A DNA stretch of 64,000 bases from Amphiscolops sp. MND2022. Taxonomy: Eukaryota. The position numbers were made by a program, and so were the translations under genes. Numbering within the stretch: position 1 is the stretch's first letter; the number at the start of each line of letters is the position of its first letter. The stretch is from assembly GCA_964187785.1 (NCBI GenBank), contig OZ076409.1, positions 72,232,001 through 72,296,000 of the forward strand, written 5' to 3'. A model generated the notes under the pieces. It had not been told where the DNA came from. It did not search any database and worked only from the letters and a program-made list of their open reading frames with translations. Positions 38,340 to 53,118 of the stretch are shown piece after piece.

Positions 38340-41300
38340 GTGGGCGGGGGTAATTCCCCAACTAAAAAATCGGCCGGCGGGTAGGGTCCTGCCGGCCGTC
38401 CAAAATCAAAAATATACTAGTAGAAAACGGCCGGTCAAACGAGCTATTTTTTTATTTAACCGTTAGAATTTGGGTTTAGATTGCATGCGGCCATGAAATG
38501 GCCATACAAATCGAAGTTCCTGCTGACGTTTTGCGATTGAAACACTTTATAAAAAGTTATGACCAATTTGTCAGTCACCTAGAAGGGCAAAATGAGGAAA
38601 ATTTTAACAAAGACGCTGATAACTCAAAATGTGTTATTTTTTGGACTTTGACTGTGAAACAAGCTTGGAACCTTCATTTCGTGGCTGTGGCATTGCACTG
38701 AAAGCAAAAGATGTAAAGTTTTTACATTTTGTGAAAATTTGACATTTTTGAAATTTTTTTCACTACTATCAGTACCATATATGTCAAAAACACCTCAGAA
38801 AAAAAATTTTATTTGCTTTAACTTGGAAACCTTGGTATCCATGGTTTCTGTCGGAACCTACTCGCAACCAAACAACCAACAGTTTGCATCCAATGTGAAA
38901 ATAAAAAATTTTTCTGGGTCATAAGCGTTTCACAAGGATTTCTCAACTTAGTATTAATTTACAAAATGGTCATTTTGAACACAATATTTTCATCGAGGCT
39001 TGTCGGCTATAGCCTTAATGTTCTAGAACGGTCCCACTGGCAACGTAGGAACCATTTATAGTAATAGAAAGTTTAAAAAATATATTTTCACCCTGTCTTC
39101 AGTCATTTTTCAGTCATTCGGAACTTAACTTAGAAAAATTTCGACCAAAATACCCACTTTTTGACAGATCGAAAATTCAAATTCAACTTTTTAAGCAAAA
39201 TTATTAACTCTGACGTAACCAGTGGGGCTCATGATACTCAAAAACACTATTGGGACTGGTACCAATGGCTCCAATATCATATGAGCCGCGATAAGACGTT
39301 ATTTTGAGCAATACGTCTCAATTGAGGGAAACATCTCGCAAGCCTGGGATCACAGTTAAAAGTGATTTCGTCAAAAATTTACTCTTTTTCGTCAATCACT
39401 ATGTACACAGAGTGCGTAGGGTGAGTTTCAGCACTATAATGCGGTTTTTGAAGGAATCGGTCTGCTCAAGGGGTGGTATGAGACATTTTTTTTGCATGTA
39501 GTACTATATTTCTCAAAACTTTTAGCCCATTATCTCGAAAAGCTCACTTCGCAAATTACTTTCAGTTACTCTATTCGAAGCTTAGAATATATATGAACAC
39601 TGTGGTTGATCAGAAACTCTTGACTATTTTGTTTTAGGAAAAAAACTGCCTTGCATGTGTTACATTAGTGGCAGGAAAAATACCAGTAGCTCCAAAAATC
39701 ACAATTTTGGACGGACAGACCTGCAATGATGCAAAGCAAAAACGTTTCAACAACTTCTGGCGCCACTTTTTTTACCCAAGAGGTTCGAAATTACTATTAA
39801 CAATGCTGACATTCGCTATAAATAAGATCGAGGTCAATTTACTAACACTTAGGTTATACATTTATATCTGAGAAACCATTCTTTGTCAGGTCGCAATTTT
39901 AAATTTAGTTTGGGAAGCAATACTTTTCACTCTGAAGCAAACCGTTGGGCCCAAATTACTCAAAAACTACAAAAAGACTGTCACCATATGCCCTAATAGC
40001 ATATGAGATTCGACCGTATGTTTTTAACACAAAAACTCTCATCCGAAGTAAACATGTTGAAAGCCTTGAATCACCGTGAGAAATGATTTCATCAAAAAAT
40101 ATTCCTTTTTCGTCAATCTTTATCTACACAGAACACGTTGTGTCATTTTCAGCCGTGAAATGAGCTTCTACCGTAATATGGGTTGCTCAAGGTGTTGTAT
40201 AAGACAAAAACTTCCTCTTTTCTACTATCTTCTTCAAATATTTCAACCCTTTGTCACAAGAAGTTAATATTCAAAATCTCTTTGAAATGTTTCTTTAGGT
40301 TGGGGTGAAGTGTTAGAACAATAATTATGATCGAAGAATTATAGTATTGGTGTTTGGACCATGTCCGGATGAACAAATTGCAAAATCATGAAAAATTTCT
40401 TACCATTTTTGGTCATTTTGTCAGTACAAAAAATGTTAGCTGAAAAAGAATTTTTTTGATGGCACCATTGGATTCCTCTCAAAAAGTTAGCTATATGAAC
40501 TGTGTAATAACCCCGTATCTTTTCAATTTAAATAATTTTAAAAAGCAAACTTTTTTGACTAAAATCCTAAAAATCATACCATTTCCTAAAAAATTTCAAA
40601 TGCCCCCCATTTGACGTATAAGAATAGCACAGAAAACTATCACATACCGATCGACTCTACTTCCATTGTAGATTACCAGAATTTTGTTTAGAACAATTTT
40701 TGACGGATGCAAAAAAAATTTAAACCCTCCAAAAAAGGGCCAAAATTACACGAAAAAATTGACCTTAAAATTTTAAAATGTCGAAAAATCATCAAAACCA
40801 CAGCTTCTTGGGGTTCTATCAACTCCACGTGGTCCACAGAGCATGTTAAAACAAGTTTTACCCGTATTTGAGCAATATGTGAAAAAGCCGACTTTTTTGG
40901 GAATGAAAAACATACCATTTCCTAAAAAATTTCAAACGCACCCCATTTGACGTATAAGAATAGCACAGAAAACTATCACATACCGATCGACTCTACTTCC
41001 AATGTAGGTTACCAGAATCTTGTTTAGAACAATTGTTGACGGATGCAAAAAAAAAATAAACCCTCCAAAAATGGGCCAAAATTACACGAAAAAATTGACC
41101 TTAAATTTTTAAAATGTCAAAAAATCATCAAAACCACAGCTTCTTGGGGTTCTATCAACTCCACGTGGTCCACAGAGTATGCTAAAACAGGTTTTACCTG
41201 TTTCTGAGCTATATGTGAAAAAACCGACATTTTGGGGAAGAAAAACTTACCATTTCCTAAAAAATTTCAAATGCACGCCATTTGCCGTATGAGAATAGCA

Positions 41301-43102
41301 CAGAAAACTATCACATACCGATCAACTCTACTTCTATTGTAGATTATCAGATTTTTGTTTAGAACAAATTTTTATGGATATAAAAAAAATTTAAACCCTC
41401 CAAAAATGAGCCAAAATAACACGAAAAAATGGACCCTAAATTTTTAAAATGTCAAAAAATTATCCAAACCACAGCTTCTTGGGGTTCTATCAGCTCCACG
41501 TGGTCCACAGAGTATGCTAAAACAGGTTTTGCCCGTTTTTGAGCAGTATATGAAAAAGCCGACATTTTTGGGGAAGAAAAACATACCATTTCCTAAATAA
41601 TTTCAAATGCAGGCAATTTGCCGTATGAGAGTAGCACAGAAAACTATCACACACCGATCAACTCTACTTCTTTTGTAGATTATCAGAATTATGTTTAGAG
41701 TAAAGTTTTATGGATATGAAAAATTTTTATACCCTCCAAAAATGGGCCAAAATGACACGAAAAAATTGACCTCAAATTTTTAAAATGTCAAAAAATTATC
41801 CAAACCACAGCGTCTTGGCGTTCTATCAACTCCAAATGACCTTCAGAGTATACCAAACCAGGTATTGCCAATCTTTTGAGCAATATTTAAAAACACCGAC
41901 TATTTGGCAAGAACACCATAATATGTTCCATATAAGAAGTGAATCATTCCACATATATACCCGGTCTAATATTTCCAAATTAGCGATAACATTTATACAT
42001 GATGGTTTTTGAAAGTGAGCTTCATAAGAGGTTGAGATGTAATAATACGTAAATGGACCCTAAGTTTCATTGAAATCTCAATGGAATACGTCCAATCAAC
42101 TTCAATCCTAACTATTATATAACAAAAAACACTTGAGTACATTCCATCTCCCCATCGGGGGAGATGAGAATGTACTTTTCAAAAGCCAAAAACTTCGAAT
42201 TTTAAATCTTTTGTAACATTGTATGTAACTGTTGAAACGATGAACGAATAAAAATGCTTCTAGTACCTTCATCAATTTTTGCTTCAGCTCCTATTTCTGC
42301 AGAACAAAACCAAAAGACACACTTACAGCAGTTAAGTTCGATTGTATAACTCAGTGAATAAAGGTATGACTGAGGAAGTTCACAAGTTGTTTCAAAAGTT
42401 TCCGGCCTTCCAAAATCATGAAACGTCCACACAACCAAGATAGCAAGTGAAAGAATGCTGAATGCACCTTATTAGATGAGATAAATAATGTGTGGAACTT
42501 GCCATTATCTCAAGATGACGTTGATTTATGATCTTTTAAGGATAGTTCGATATGTGACCACAATAGTGGAAAACTTAATACTATTTGAAGAACACCGTGG
42601 AAAGCGTTCAGAAAGGACAGTATATTTGTTTCGAGCATGCATGCGTGTGTTCCTTTGGTGACGTTAGCTTAGTGTACATGACGGAGGTATTCGAGAGATT
42701 ATGATAGAGTTTACTCACAAGTCTTTGTTTTTTTAAACTTTCTATGCCGTTGAGTACATTCGTAAGGTACATCCATCCCCTTCTCTGGGAATGTACGTTT
42801 GCCAAATGACTGTCATCCAAAATTCGTAATCCGGACGAGTTTAACTACATAAACATGTGATGAGCGTTTTCAATTCACAACCGAATAACATTTTTTTTCT
42901 CGAAAATGATGATGGTTTTGATTTTGATGTCTTCTACTTTTATCATCATGCAAACGACCTTACCATGTCTCTCTTCTGTCGTCATTTGTACAACGCCACA
43001 TAGCGTTCCGACGCCCACCGTCTGTGGGCATGCCGAGGCATGCCCTTCGACGACGTATGCCAAATGAGCCATACCCGCACTCTGGAGTGCGGTAGCGGCT
43101 AG
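38340..43102 (+). repeat. Unit U20, family E' (4763 bp)
   Basis: Diverged colinear paralog of U19; core at 43026; similar to the partial unit from 60557. Confidence 0.9.
40575..41925. repeat. Internal tandem repeat, ~4 x 336 bp
   Basis: AGCACAGAAAACTATCA at 40626, 40962, 41297, 41633. Confidence 0.9.
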
Positions 43103-45087
43103 GTGGGCGGGGGTAATTCCCCTTCAAAAAATTCGGCCGGCGGGTTGGGTCCTGCCGGACGTCAAATAGTGTGAAACATCCAGTAGGAAACGGCGACATA
43201 AATCAGCGATTTTAAAATTTAACCGTTAGAATTCGGACTTGGAGTGCATGCGGCCCCAAAATGCCCATACGAATCGAAGTTCCTGCTGACGTTAAGCGAT
43301 AAAAACATTTTATAAAAAGTTATGGCCCATTTTACGTTCACCTATAAGGGTAAAATGAGGAAAATTTTTACAAAGTCGCTGATAACTCAAAAGACATTAT
43401 TTTTTGGACTTTGACTGTGAAACAAGCTTAGAACCTTCATTTCGTGGCTGTGGCATTGCACTGAACACAAAAGATGTAAAGTTTTTACATTTTTTGAAAT
43501 TTCGACATTTTTGATTTTTTTTTCACTACTATCAGTACACTATATGTCAAAAACACCTCTGAAAAAAATTATTATTTGCTTAAAATTGGAAACCTTGGTA
43601 TCCATGGTTTCTGTCGGAACCTACTCGCTGCCAAACACCCAACAGTTTGCATCCAATGTGAATTTAAAATTTTTTTCGAGGTCATAAGGGTTTCACAAGG
43701 TTTTCATAACTTAGTATTAAACTACAAACTGGTCATTTTCAACATAATATCTTTGTCGAGGCATGTCGGATATAGTCCTATTGCTCACGAACGGTCCTAC
43801 TGGCAACGTAATAACCATTTATAGAAATGTAAAGTTATAAAAAAATTTTTCACCCGGTCTTCAGTCATTTTTCAGTCATTCGGAACTTAACTTAGAAAAA
43901 TTTCGACCAAAATATCCATTTTTTGTCAGGTCGAAAAATCAAATTCAGATTTTTAAGCAAAATTGTTAACTCTGACGTAACCCATCGGGCCCATGATACT
44001 CAAAACAACGATTGACACTGGTATCAATGGCTCCAATAACATATGAGTCGCGATAAGACGTTATTTTGAGCATTACGTCTCAATTGAGGTAAAGATCTCG
44101 CAAGCCAGCGATCACTGTGAAATGTGATTTCATCAAAAATTTACTCTTTTTTGTCAATCACTATGTGCACAGAATGCGTAGGGTGCGCTTCAGCACTATA
44201 ATGAGGTTTTTGAAGCCATCGAGTTGCTCAAGGGGTGGTATGAGACATTTTTGTCCCCTATACTACTGTATTTTCCAAAATTTTTAGCCCAATATCTGGA
44301 AATACAAACTTGACAAAATACTTTCAACTACTTTATTCAAAGGTTACAATATAGATGAACACTGTGGTTGATCAGAAACTTTCATCTCTTTCGTTTTCCG
44401 AAATATTTCCCTTCGCATGTGTTACATTCGTAGCAGAAAAAAAAATCGAAACTGAAAAATACGCAATTTTGCTAAGATAGAATCGCAATGATTGTGCCTA
44501 AAAACTCTTTAAACACTTCTAACGCAACCTTACGCACCCAAAATGATCGAAAATGCTATTCACAATGGTGACATGTGCTCTTTCTACGATCCTGGCTGGA
44601 CAAGGTTTGCATATTTTTCAAGTACCTGTCAGCTAAATCTTGTGATAGCCTTTTCAGTTGGCCTTGTGTCAACTTGGGAAGGCTATCACATCAAAAAACC
44701 ATCAACAAAAATAATTTTTGTTTATTGGATCTTACAGTCGATACTTTTTTTCGTGATTCTATACTACCGTTAGTATATTTCATCAGGTCACCTTACGATT
44801 GCATTCAGTCTTTGATAAAAACCTATGAACTCAAAGTCACATTTCTATATTTTTTTGCCAAAAAAAACATCAAAAAGATCTAAAATATATAAAATAGAGT
44901 CTTTAACATTTTTACATTTCAAGTTTCTGCCGTTATTAGGCCAATCAACGTCCTAGAGCCACATCCTGCCACATACTGTACAACGCCACATAGTGTTGCG
45001 ACGTGCACAGTCTGTGGGCATGCCGAGGCATGCCCTTCGACGACGTATGCCGAATACCGCGGGCCTACGCCCGCGCTCCCCGGCTAG
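43103..45087 (+). repeat. Unit U21, family C (1985 bp)
   Basis: Paralog of U17 with the same tail (...GCCCGCGCTCCCCGGCTAG); core at 45016. Confidence 0.9.
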
Positions 45088-48000
45088 GTGGGGGGGATAT
45101 ATCTCCACTTTTTTTGCGACCGCGGGTAGGGTCCTGTCGGGAGCTTCTATTTACCAAGCTTACGGCGCTATATACTAGAGAAAATTTTTCCGGCACCGAA
45201 CTTTTTTTTGAACCATAGGATTTGTACCATTTTTTGCATGCGGCCCTAATTTGGGCATACAAGACGAAGTTCCTGCTGACGTTAAGCGATGGTTTCATTG
45301 TGTAACGAGATATAGCCACTTTTTGGTGCGAATTTTGAGGTATTTTTGAGAAAAATTTTACAAACAGCTCGAATGCAAAAAATTGAAAAACTTGTGACAA
45401 TCGACCTATCATTGGTTTAAACCTTCGATTCTTTGCCCTAGCAATGCACTAGACCCAAAAGATCTAAAACTTTTACATTTTCCAAAAATTTGACCAAATT
45501 GACTCGGGTTTCACTACTATATGTAACCAATGTGACAAAAACACCTCAGAAAAAAATTTTTATTTGCTTAAATTTAGAAACCTTGGTATCCATGGTTTCT
45601 GTCGGAACCTACTCGCAGCCAAACACTCAACAGTTTGCATCCAATGTGAATTTAAATTTTTTTTCGAGGTCATAGGTGTTTCACAAGGATTTCACAACTT
45701 AGTTTCATATTACAAATTGGTCATTTTCAACATCATATTTCCATCGAGGCATGTCGGATAGAGTCTTATTGCTTACGAACGGTCCTACTGGCAACGTGTT
45801 AACCATTTATAGAAATACAAAGTTATAAAAAAATTTTTTCACCCGTTCTTCCATCATTTTTCAGACATTCGGAACTTATCTTAGAAAAATTTCGTCTCAA
45901 AAACCCATTTTTTGTCAGGTCGAAAACTCAAATTCAGCTTTTTAAGCACAATTATTAACTCTGACGTAACCAGTGGGGCCCATGATACTCAAAACAACGA
46001 TTGGGGTTGGTACCATTGGCTCAAATAACATATGAGTCGCGATAAGACGTTATTTTTAGCCATACGTCTCAATTGAGGTAAACATCTCGCAAGCCAGGGA
46101 TCTCTGTGAAATGTGATTTCATCAAAAAGTTACCCATTTTCGCCAATTACTATGTGCACAGAGTGCGTAGGGTGAGTTTCAGCACTATAATGAGGTTTTT
46201 GAAGGATTCGGGTTGCTCAAAGGGTGGTATGAGACATTTTTTTCCCATATACTACTGTATTTTCCAAAAATTTTAGCCCATTATCTGGAAAAACTAACTT
46301 GACAAAATACTTTCAGTTACTCTATTCGAAGCTTAGAATATAGATGAACACTGTGGTTGATCAGAAACTATTAACTATTTTGTTTTTAGAAAAAAACTGC
46401 CTTGCATGTGTTACATTAGTGGCAGGAAAAATACCAGTAGCTCCAAAAATCAAAAATTTGGACGGACAGACTTCCAATGATGCAAAACAAAAACGTTTCA
46501 ACAACTTTTGACGCCACTTTTTTTACCCAAGAGGTTCGAAAACACCATTAACAATGCTGACATTCGCAATAAATAAGATCGAGGTCTATTTACTAACACT
46601 TAGGTTTTAAATTTTTTTCTCGGAAACCCATTATTGTCAGGTCGCGAATTCAAATTTGGTTTTGGAAGCAATACTTTTCACTCTGAAGCAAACCGTTGGG
46701 CCCAAAATACTCAACAACAACAAAAAGACTATCACCATATGCTCTAATAACATATGAGATGCGACTGTATGTTTTTAACACAATAACTCTCATTCTGAAG
46801 TAAACATGTTGAAAGCCTTGAATCACCGTGAGAAGTGATTTCATCAAAAAATATTTCTATTTCGTCAATCACTAAATACACAGAACCCGTTGTGTTAGTT
46901 TCAGTCGTGAAATGAGGTTCTACCGTAATATCGGTTGCTCAAGGTGTTGTATAAGGCAAAAACTTCCTCTTTTCTACTAACTTCTTCAAATATTTCAACC
47001 CTTTGTCACACGAAGTTAATATTCAAAATCTCTTTGAATTGTTTCTTAAGGTTGTGGTGAATTGTTAGAACAATTACTATGATCGAAGAATGCTAGTATT
47101 GGTGTTTGGACCATGTCCGGATGAACAAATCGCAAAATCAAGAAAAAATTGTTTCCTTTTTTGGTTATTTTGGCAGTACTAAAAATGTTAGCTGATAAAT
47201 AATTTTTTCGAAGGCACCATTGGATTCCGCTCAAAAAGCTGATTATAAGACATGTGTAATAACCCCGTATCTTTTCAATTTAAATAAATTTAAAAAGCAA
47301 ACTTTTTTGACGAAAATCCTAAAAATCATACCATTTCCTAAAAAATTTCAAATGCACACCATTTGACGTATAAGAATAGCACAGAAAACTATCATATACC
47401 GATCAACTCTACTCCCATTGTAGACTATTAGAATTTTGTTTTGATTGAATTTTGAAGATTATTAAAAAATTTTGAACCCTCCAAAAATGGACCAAAATTA
47501 CACAAAAAAATTGACCTTAAAATTTTAAAATGTCAAAAAATCATCAAAACCACAGCTTCTTGGGGTTCTATCAACTCCACGTGGTCCACAGAGTACGCTA
47601 AAACAGGTTTTACCCGTTTTTGAGCAATATGTGAAAAAGCCGACATTTTTGGGAAAGAAAAACATACCATTTCCTAAAATATTTCAAATGCACGCCATTT
47701 GCCGTATGAGAATAGCACAGAAAACTATCACATACCGATCAACTCTACTTTCATTGTAGATGATTAGAAGTTAGTTTAAATGAAAATTAGACGGATAATA
47801 AAAAAATATAAATCCTCCAAAAGTGGGCGAAAATTACACGAAAAAATTGTCCTTAAAATATTAAAATGTCGAAAAATCATCAAAACCACAGCTTCTTGGG
47901 GTTCTATCAACTCCACATGGTCCACAGAGTACGCTAAAACAGGTTTTACCCGTTTTTGAGCAATATGTGGAAAAGCCGACATTTTTGGGAAAGAAAAACA

Positions 48001-49856
48001 TAACATTTCCTAAAAAATTGCACATGCACGCCATTTGGCGTATAAGAATAGCACAGAAAACTATCATATACCGATCAATTCTACTCCTATTGTAGATTAT
48101 TAGAACTTTGTCTTGAATGAATTTTGATGGATAATAAAAAATTTTGAACCCTCCGAAAATGGGCTAAAATTACACGAAAAAATTGACCCTAAAATTTTAA
48201 AATGTCTAAAAATCATCAAAACCACAGCTTCTTGAGGTTCTATCAACTCCACATGGCCCACAGAGTATGCCAAACCAGGTTTTGCGCGTTTTTGAGCAAA
48301 ATTTAGGAAAGCCGATTTTTTTGAGGAAGAAAAACATATCATTTCCTAAAAAACTTAAAATGCACGCCATTTGGCGTATAACAGTAGCACAGAAAACTAT
48401 CACATACCAATCAACTCTACTCTTTTTGTAGATTACCAGAAGTTTGCTTAGAATAACTTTTGATGAATATTTATAAATTTTAAACCCTCCTAATATGGGC
48501 CAAAATCACACGGAAAAATTGACCCTAAGTATTAAAAAGTCAGATATTCATCAAAACCCCAGCTTCTTGGGGTTCTATCATTTCCATATGACTTTCAGAG
48601 TATACCAAACAAGTTATTAACATTGGGCGATAATTAAAAAGACCAATTTATTCTGAAGAAAACCATAATATGTTCAATATAAGAAGTGAATCATTCCACA
48701 TATATACCCTGTCTAATGTTCTAAATTAGCAAAAAAATATATACTTGGTGTTTTTTGAATGTGAGCTTCATAAAAGGTTGAGATGTGATAATACGTAAAT
48801 GGATTCCAAGTTTCATCGAAAAGTCAATGGAATGCGTCCAATCAACTTCTATCTTAACAATTCGATAACAAAAAACACTTAAGTACATTCCATCTCCCTA
48901 TCGGGGAGATGAGAATGTACTTTTCAAAAACTAAAAACTTAGATCTTTCTATCTTTTGTAACACTTACTGTAACAGCTGAAATGATGAAAGAATAATTAT
49001 TCTTCTAATAACTTCAAGATTTTTTGCTTCACCTTTTATTTCTGCAGAACAAAACCATAAGACATACATATTTTTCGCAGTTAAGTTCGACTGTATTACC
49101 CAGTGAACAAAGGTATGACAGGAAGATTACAAGTTGTCTCAAAACTTTCCCGCCTTCCAAAATCATCAAACGTCTACACAACCAAGATAGTAAAGGAATG
49201 AATGTGGAATGCATCATTTTAGTTAAAATAAATAACGTGTAGAACTTACCTTTATCTGAAGATGACGTTGATTTATGATCTTTAGAGGATAGTTCAATTT
49301 TTGACCATAATAGTGCGAAACTAATTATTATATGAATAATGGCGTGGAAAGCGTTCAGAAATTGCAGTATTTTCGATTCGAGCATGTATGCGTGGGTTCC
49401 TTTGGTGGCATTAGCTTAGTGTACATGATGGAAGTTTTCGATCTATTATGATAAAATTTACTCACAAGTCTTTGTTTTTCCTATTTTTTTTATGCCATTA
49501 AGTACATTCATTCTATCCCCTTCTCTGGGAATGTACGTTTGCCAAATGACTGTCATCCAAATTTTGCATTCGCGAAGAGTTTAAATACATAAACACGTCT
49601 TTAGCGTTTCCAAATCACAACCGATTAACATTTTTTAAAATTTTTTTTATGAAAATTGATAATTTGTTTTGATTTTGGTATCTTCTACTTTTATCATCCA
49701 TCATAACAAGCACCTTACCATGTCTCTCGCTTGTCTTCATTTTACAACGCCACATAGCGTTCCGACTCCCACCGTCTGTGGGCATGCCGAGGCATGCCCT
49801 TCGACGACGTATGCCAACTACTTTTTATATCTACACCCGATTGCGGTAGCGGCTAG
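45088..49856 (+). repeat. Unit U22, family E (4769 bp)
   Basis: Near-identical to U19; 336-bp repeat anchors at 47378, 47714, 48050, 48386; core at 49780. Confidence 0.9.
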
Positions 49857-51144
49857 GTGGCCGGAAATTTTTTTTTTCATCAAAATCTTTGCCATTGGGG
49901 GAGGGGCCCCGGATGGCCAGTAGTACGGGATAGCTTCCTACCAAATCCAGATGGAAAAAACGTGATTTCGGAAACTAGCCGTCAGAATTTGCTCAAATTT
50001 TGCATACGGCTTCCTATGACAATCCTAAGAACTAATCCCTACTGGCATTTTGCCCAAAAAACGCAAAAAGTTGGTCAAAATCTTAGTTTTTTGGTCAAAA
50101 AATGGCAATTTTTCGAAAAAAATTTCTTTCAGAGACAATTACTCGTAACTGGTTCACCCAGCGCAAAAACGCCTAGCTGATTTATTGTTGGGCACTTCAT
50201 GAGGAGTGCGTATACAAATTTTCGTCTAGATCGGAAGAAAAATGACTAAGTATTAGCCGGAATTCGAACGCATTTTTTCGCAAGTTTTTGAAAACCTAGT
50301 CTATCTCTGCCGTTTTTTGCCCAGATTTTTTTCCAGGTCCTCTCCTAAAGGCCTCCCCTGGCCGGTTTACTTCCCAGAAAAACCATTTGGCCCTAAATAC
50401 GGAGTTTCAGCGTTCTAGCATTCCCGGGCGAAAAGATGTGGGACTTAGAAAAAATTCAAAATTTTTCAAAAAATTTTTTTTTCGTTTTCCGGCCCCCCAA
50501 TGAAGGGGAACGACCCCCCAACGAGGATTTTTGGTGAATTCACGTGGAAAGGCCTTGTTTTGTGGAGAAAATTGCCGTTTAGAGCGACTTTTTATCTTAA
50601 CTTGACGTTGACCTCTGTCGTTTTGAATTTGATATTAGTATGCGTTGAGCATGTGAAAAGTTGATGATTTCAGTTGTTCTCTCGTGTTCAAGCCATTGAG
50701 ATACAAGCGGTAGTGATCAAAATGTGATTTATCGCAATTTGATGGTGCTTTTGGTGTATTTTGATTCTTTTAAATAAAAAGTTGTTCTTTATATATTTGG
50801 TGTATTGATTCAAATGAACAAGAAACAGTTGAGTACATTTCATCTCCCCCCTTGTGGGGGAGATGAGGATGTACCCGCTAAATGACACGCACAATGGCCC
50901 AATTTTATTTTTATGCGACGTTTTCTAGGCTTTTGCGCAAGCCCACTAAAATTTAGACTGGTTTCCTTTTCTTTTACTCCAAAATTTTCCGTACTAACCA
51001 CCTTACGCACCACCAGCTCAACGTAATATCTGTAACGTCAACGCCACATACTCGCATCAACGCCCACCGTCCGTGGGCATGCCGAGGCATGCCCTTCGAC
51101 GACGTATGCCAAATAGCGCCACAGGGCGCAAACTTGTCCGCTAG
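49857..51144 (+). repeat. Unit U23, family B, divergent (1288 bp)
   Basis: B block at ~50344-50446; H2 hairpin at ~50831; core at 51075. Confidence 0.88.
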
Positions 51145-53118
51145 GTGCGGGGGGGTAACCCCAACAAAGATATTGGAGGATTCGGGTAGGGTCCTGAATC
51201 CGATTTTAACTCTAATAGCTATCGATAGGAAATCTTGCAAAAATTTCGGGATCTCGTGATCTAACCATAGGATTTTAAAGTTGGAGCGGCCCCCACCAGA
51301 TTTTCCGAAAATTAGCGCCCCCCACCGGGTTCCATACCCCGGAAAATTTTTTTCTGGCCACACGGGCGACCGTTAGGGGGTCATTTTATGGGTAAAATTC
51401 ATATTGGGCCACATAACTTTTTTTCTGTTGATTTAAAACTTTGGAAGCCTGCTAAAAGTTTCCTGACCGTATTGCAAGGGCTCCGGAGGTCCAAACCAAA
51501 TTTTTCTATCTTGAAGCTATCTCCAAGTACCCCCCCCCGCTCAAACCGTTATTTTTCCGGAAACGCAGGTTTTTGACCCGGAAGGAGTCGTCTGAGCGCG
51601 GGGTCGTTAGGTGATGTATTGGGGACGGCCTTGAGACGAAGTGGGGGACATGTAGTTTGCCAACCTCAGTTTACCCCCCGGACGGGAAATGACCGTTATA
51701 TGAGCGGCAAAAATGTCCCCCTCCACGTTTTACCGCTATTTCCGGTGTGATGGAGTGGGAGTAGCGCGTCGGGTGCCATATATCAAAAGTAGGTTTAGAC
51801 AAGGATCTATCGGAAATATGTGGTTTGGGACCCCCTGGACCAACCCGTTAGCAGGAAATGGGGCTTCCGGCCCGTTTTTTTACGGTTAAAAACGGAAAAT
51901 GGGCATTGAGGGGTAAATATCTCGTGAACGCGTGGAGCTACGGTGTCTTTCACTACTACAAGGTTTCATACCCATGATATGGTGCGTTCAGGGGGGCAAA
52001 CAGATTTCCGCTATCTATCACCGTTACGGACTTGGCCCCCCAGCCTAACCGCTAAGTGACCGGAAATGTCATATTTTGAGCCCAAAGGGTCGGTCCCAGC
52101 CAGGGAACGTTAGGTAACTTATTGTAAAACTCATTGAGACGAGTTGGGGGACATAGTTTCAGTCACCCCTCGTTACCCCTTGGGACCAGAAATGACCGTT
52201 ATGTGAGTAAATTTGCCGTTTTTGTCCTACTTGAAGGGCATTTAGATGCGGAATGAGTGGTAATAGGTGCTTGGACACTATATGAAGGAAGGGAGGATAT
52301 GAGGCGAGCATTCGGAAATAACCGTTATGTTGACCCTAAAGTCCCCCTGGTACCGTAAACGACCGGAAATGGTCAAATTTTCTGTTTATAGGGTACAAAT
52401 GTTTGGTATTTTGTAGATAAAAGTATCTATTAGGTGTGTCGACGGTCTGCAGTAGTGAACATAGTCATGAAACCTTGTGGGGGGTAACGGTATATAGCAC
52501 CGGAAGTCCAAACCGTTGGAGACAGGATAGGTTTTTTGGTTTTAAAATGTCTTTCGGCGTACTTTTGTCGACTATTGAGGACTACTTTTAAAAAATTAAA
52601 GTTTTTTCATATAGTTTTAGAGACTCCGAAACCTCAACCAACATAACCGTTACCTCATGATAGCCTTTCAAGTTGGCCTGGTGTCAACTTGGAAGGGCTA
52701 TCCTTCAAAAATCGTCAATCAAGTGTGTTTTTGGCTATGTTTGTATCATTTTAGAATCAAATAGAGCTTCAAGAAAAGTTTGCCAACGACAAAAACTATG
52801 TCGTGATGATTCCGTTATTAGAATAATAGTTAGCAAATTGTTGAGAAAATTGATTTTTTCCATATAAAATGTGTCCTAATTGCCAGCAAACCTATTTAAT
52901 TAACAAATGGTATTGATTGGAATGTATGTAACAGAGTTATAAAAGTTCAAATTGATTATTACGTTTCATTATGGAAGCTGAAACGTAATATTTTAGTTTA
53001 ATTAACGTCAACGCCACACACTTTACATCAACGCCCACCGTCTGTGGGCATGCCGAGGCATGCCCTTCGACGACGTATGGCAAATCCCTTCTAACGACGC
53101 CCGTACATCCCGGGCTAG
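51145..53118 (+). repeat. Unit U24, family A (1974 bp)
   Basis: Closely resembles U7 (10381-12351); core at 53046. Confidence 0.9.

Noticed and set aside
48077..48097. AATTCTACTCCTATTGTAGAT and related TCTAC-N7-GTAGA motifs resembling a Cas12a direct-repeat stem
   Set aside because: The loop is longer than in Cas12a repeats, and the motif is part of a 336-bp tandem repeat with no unique spacers; probably coincidental.
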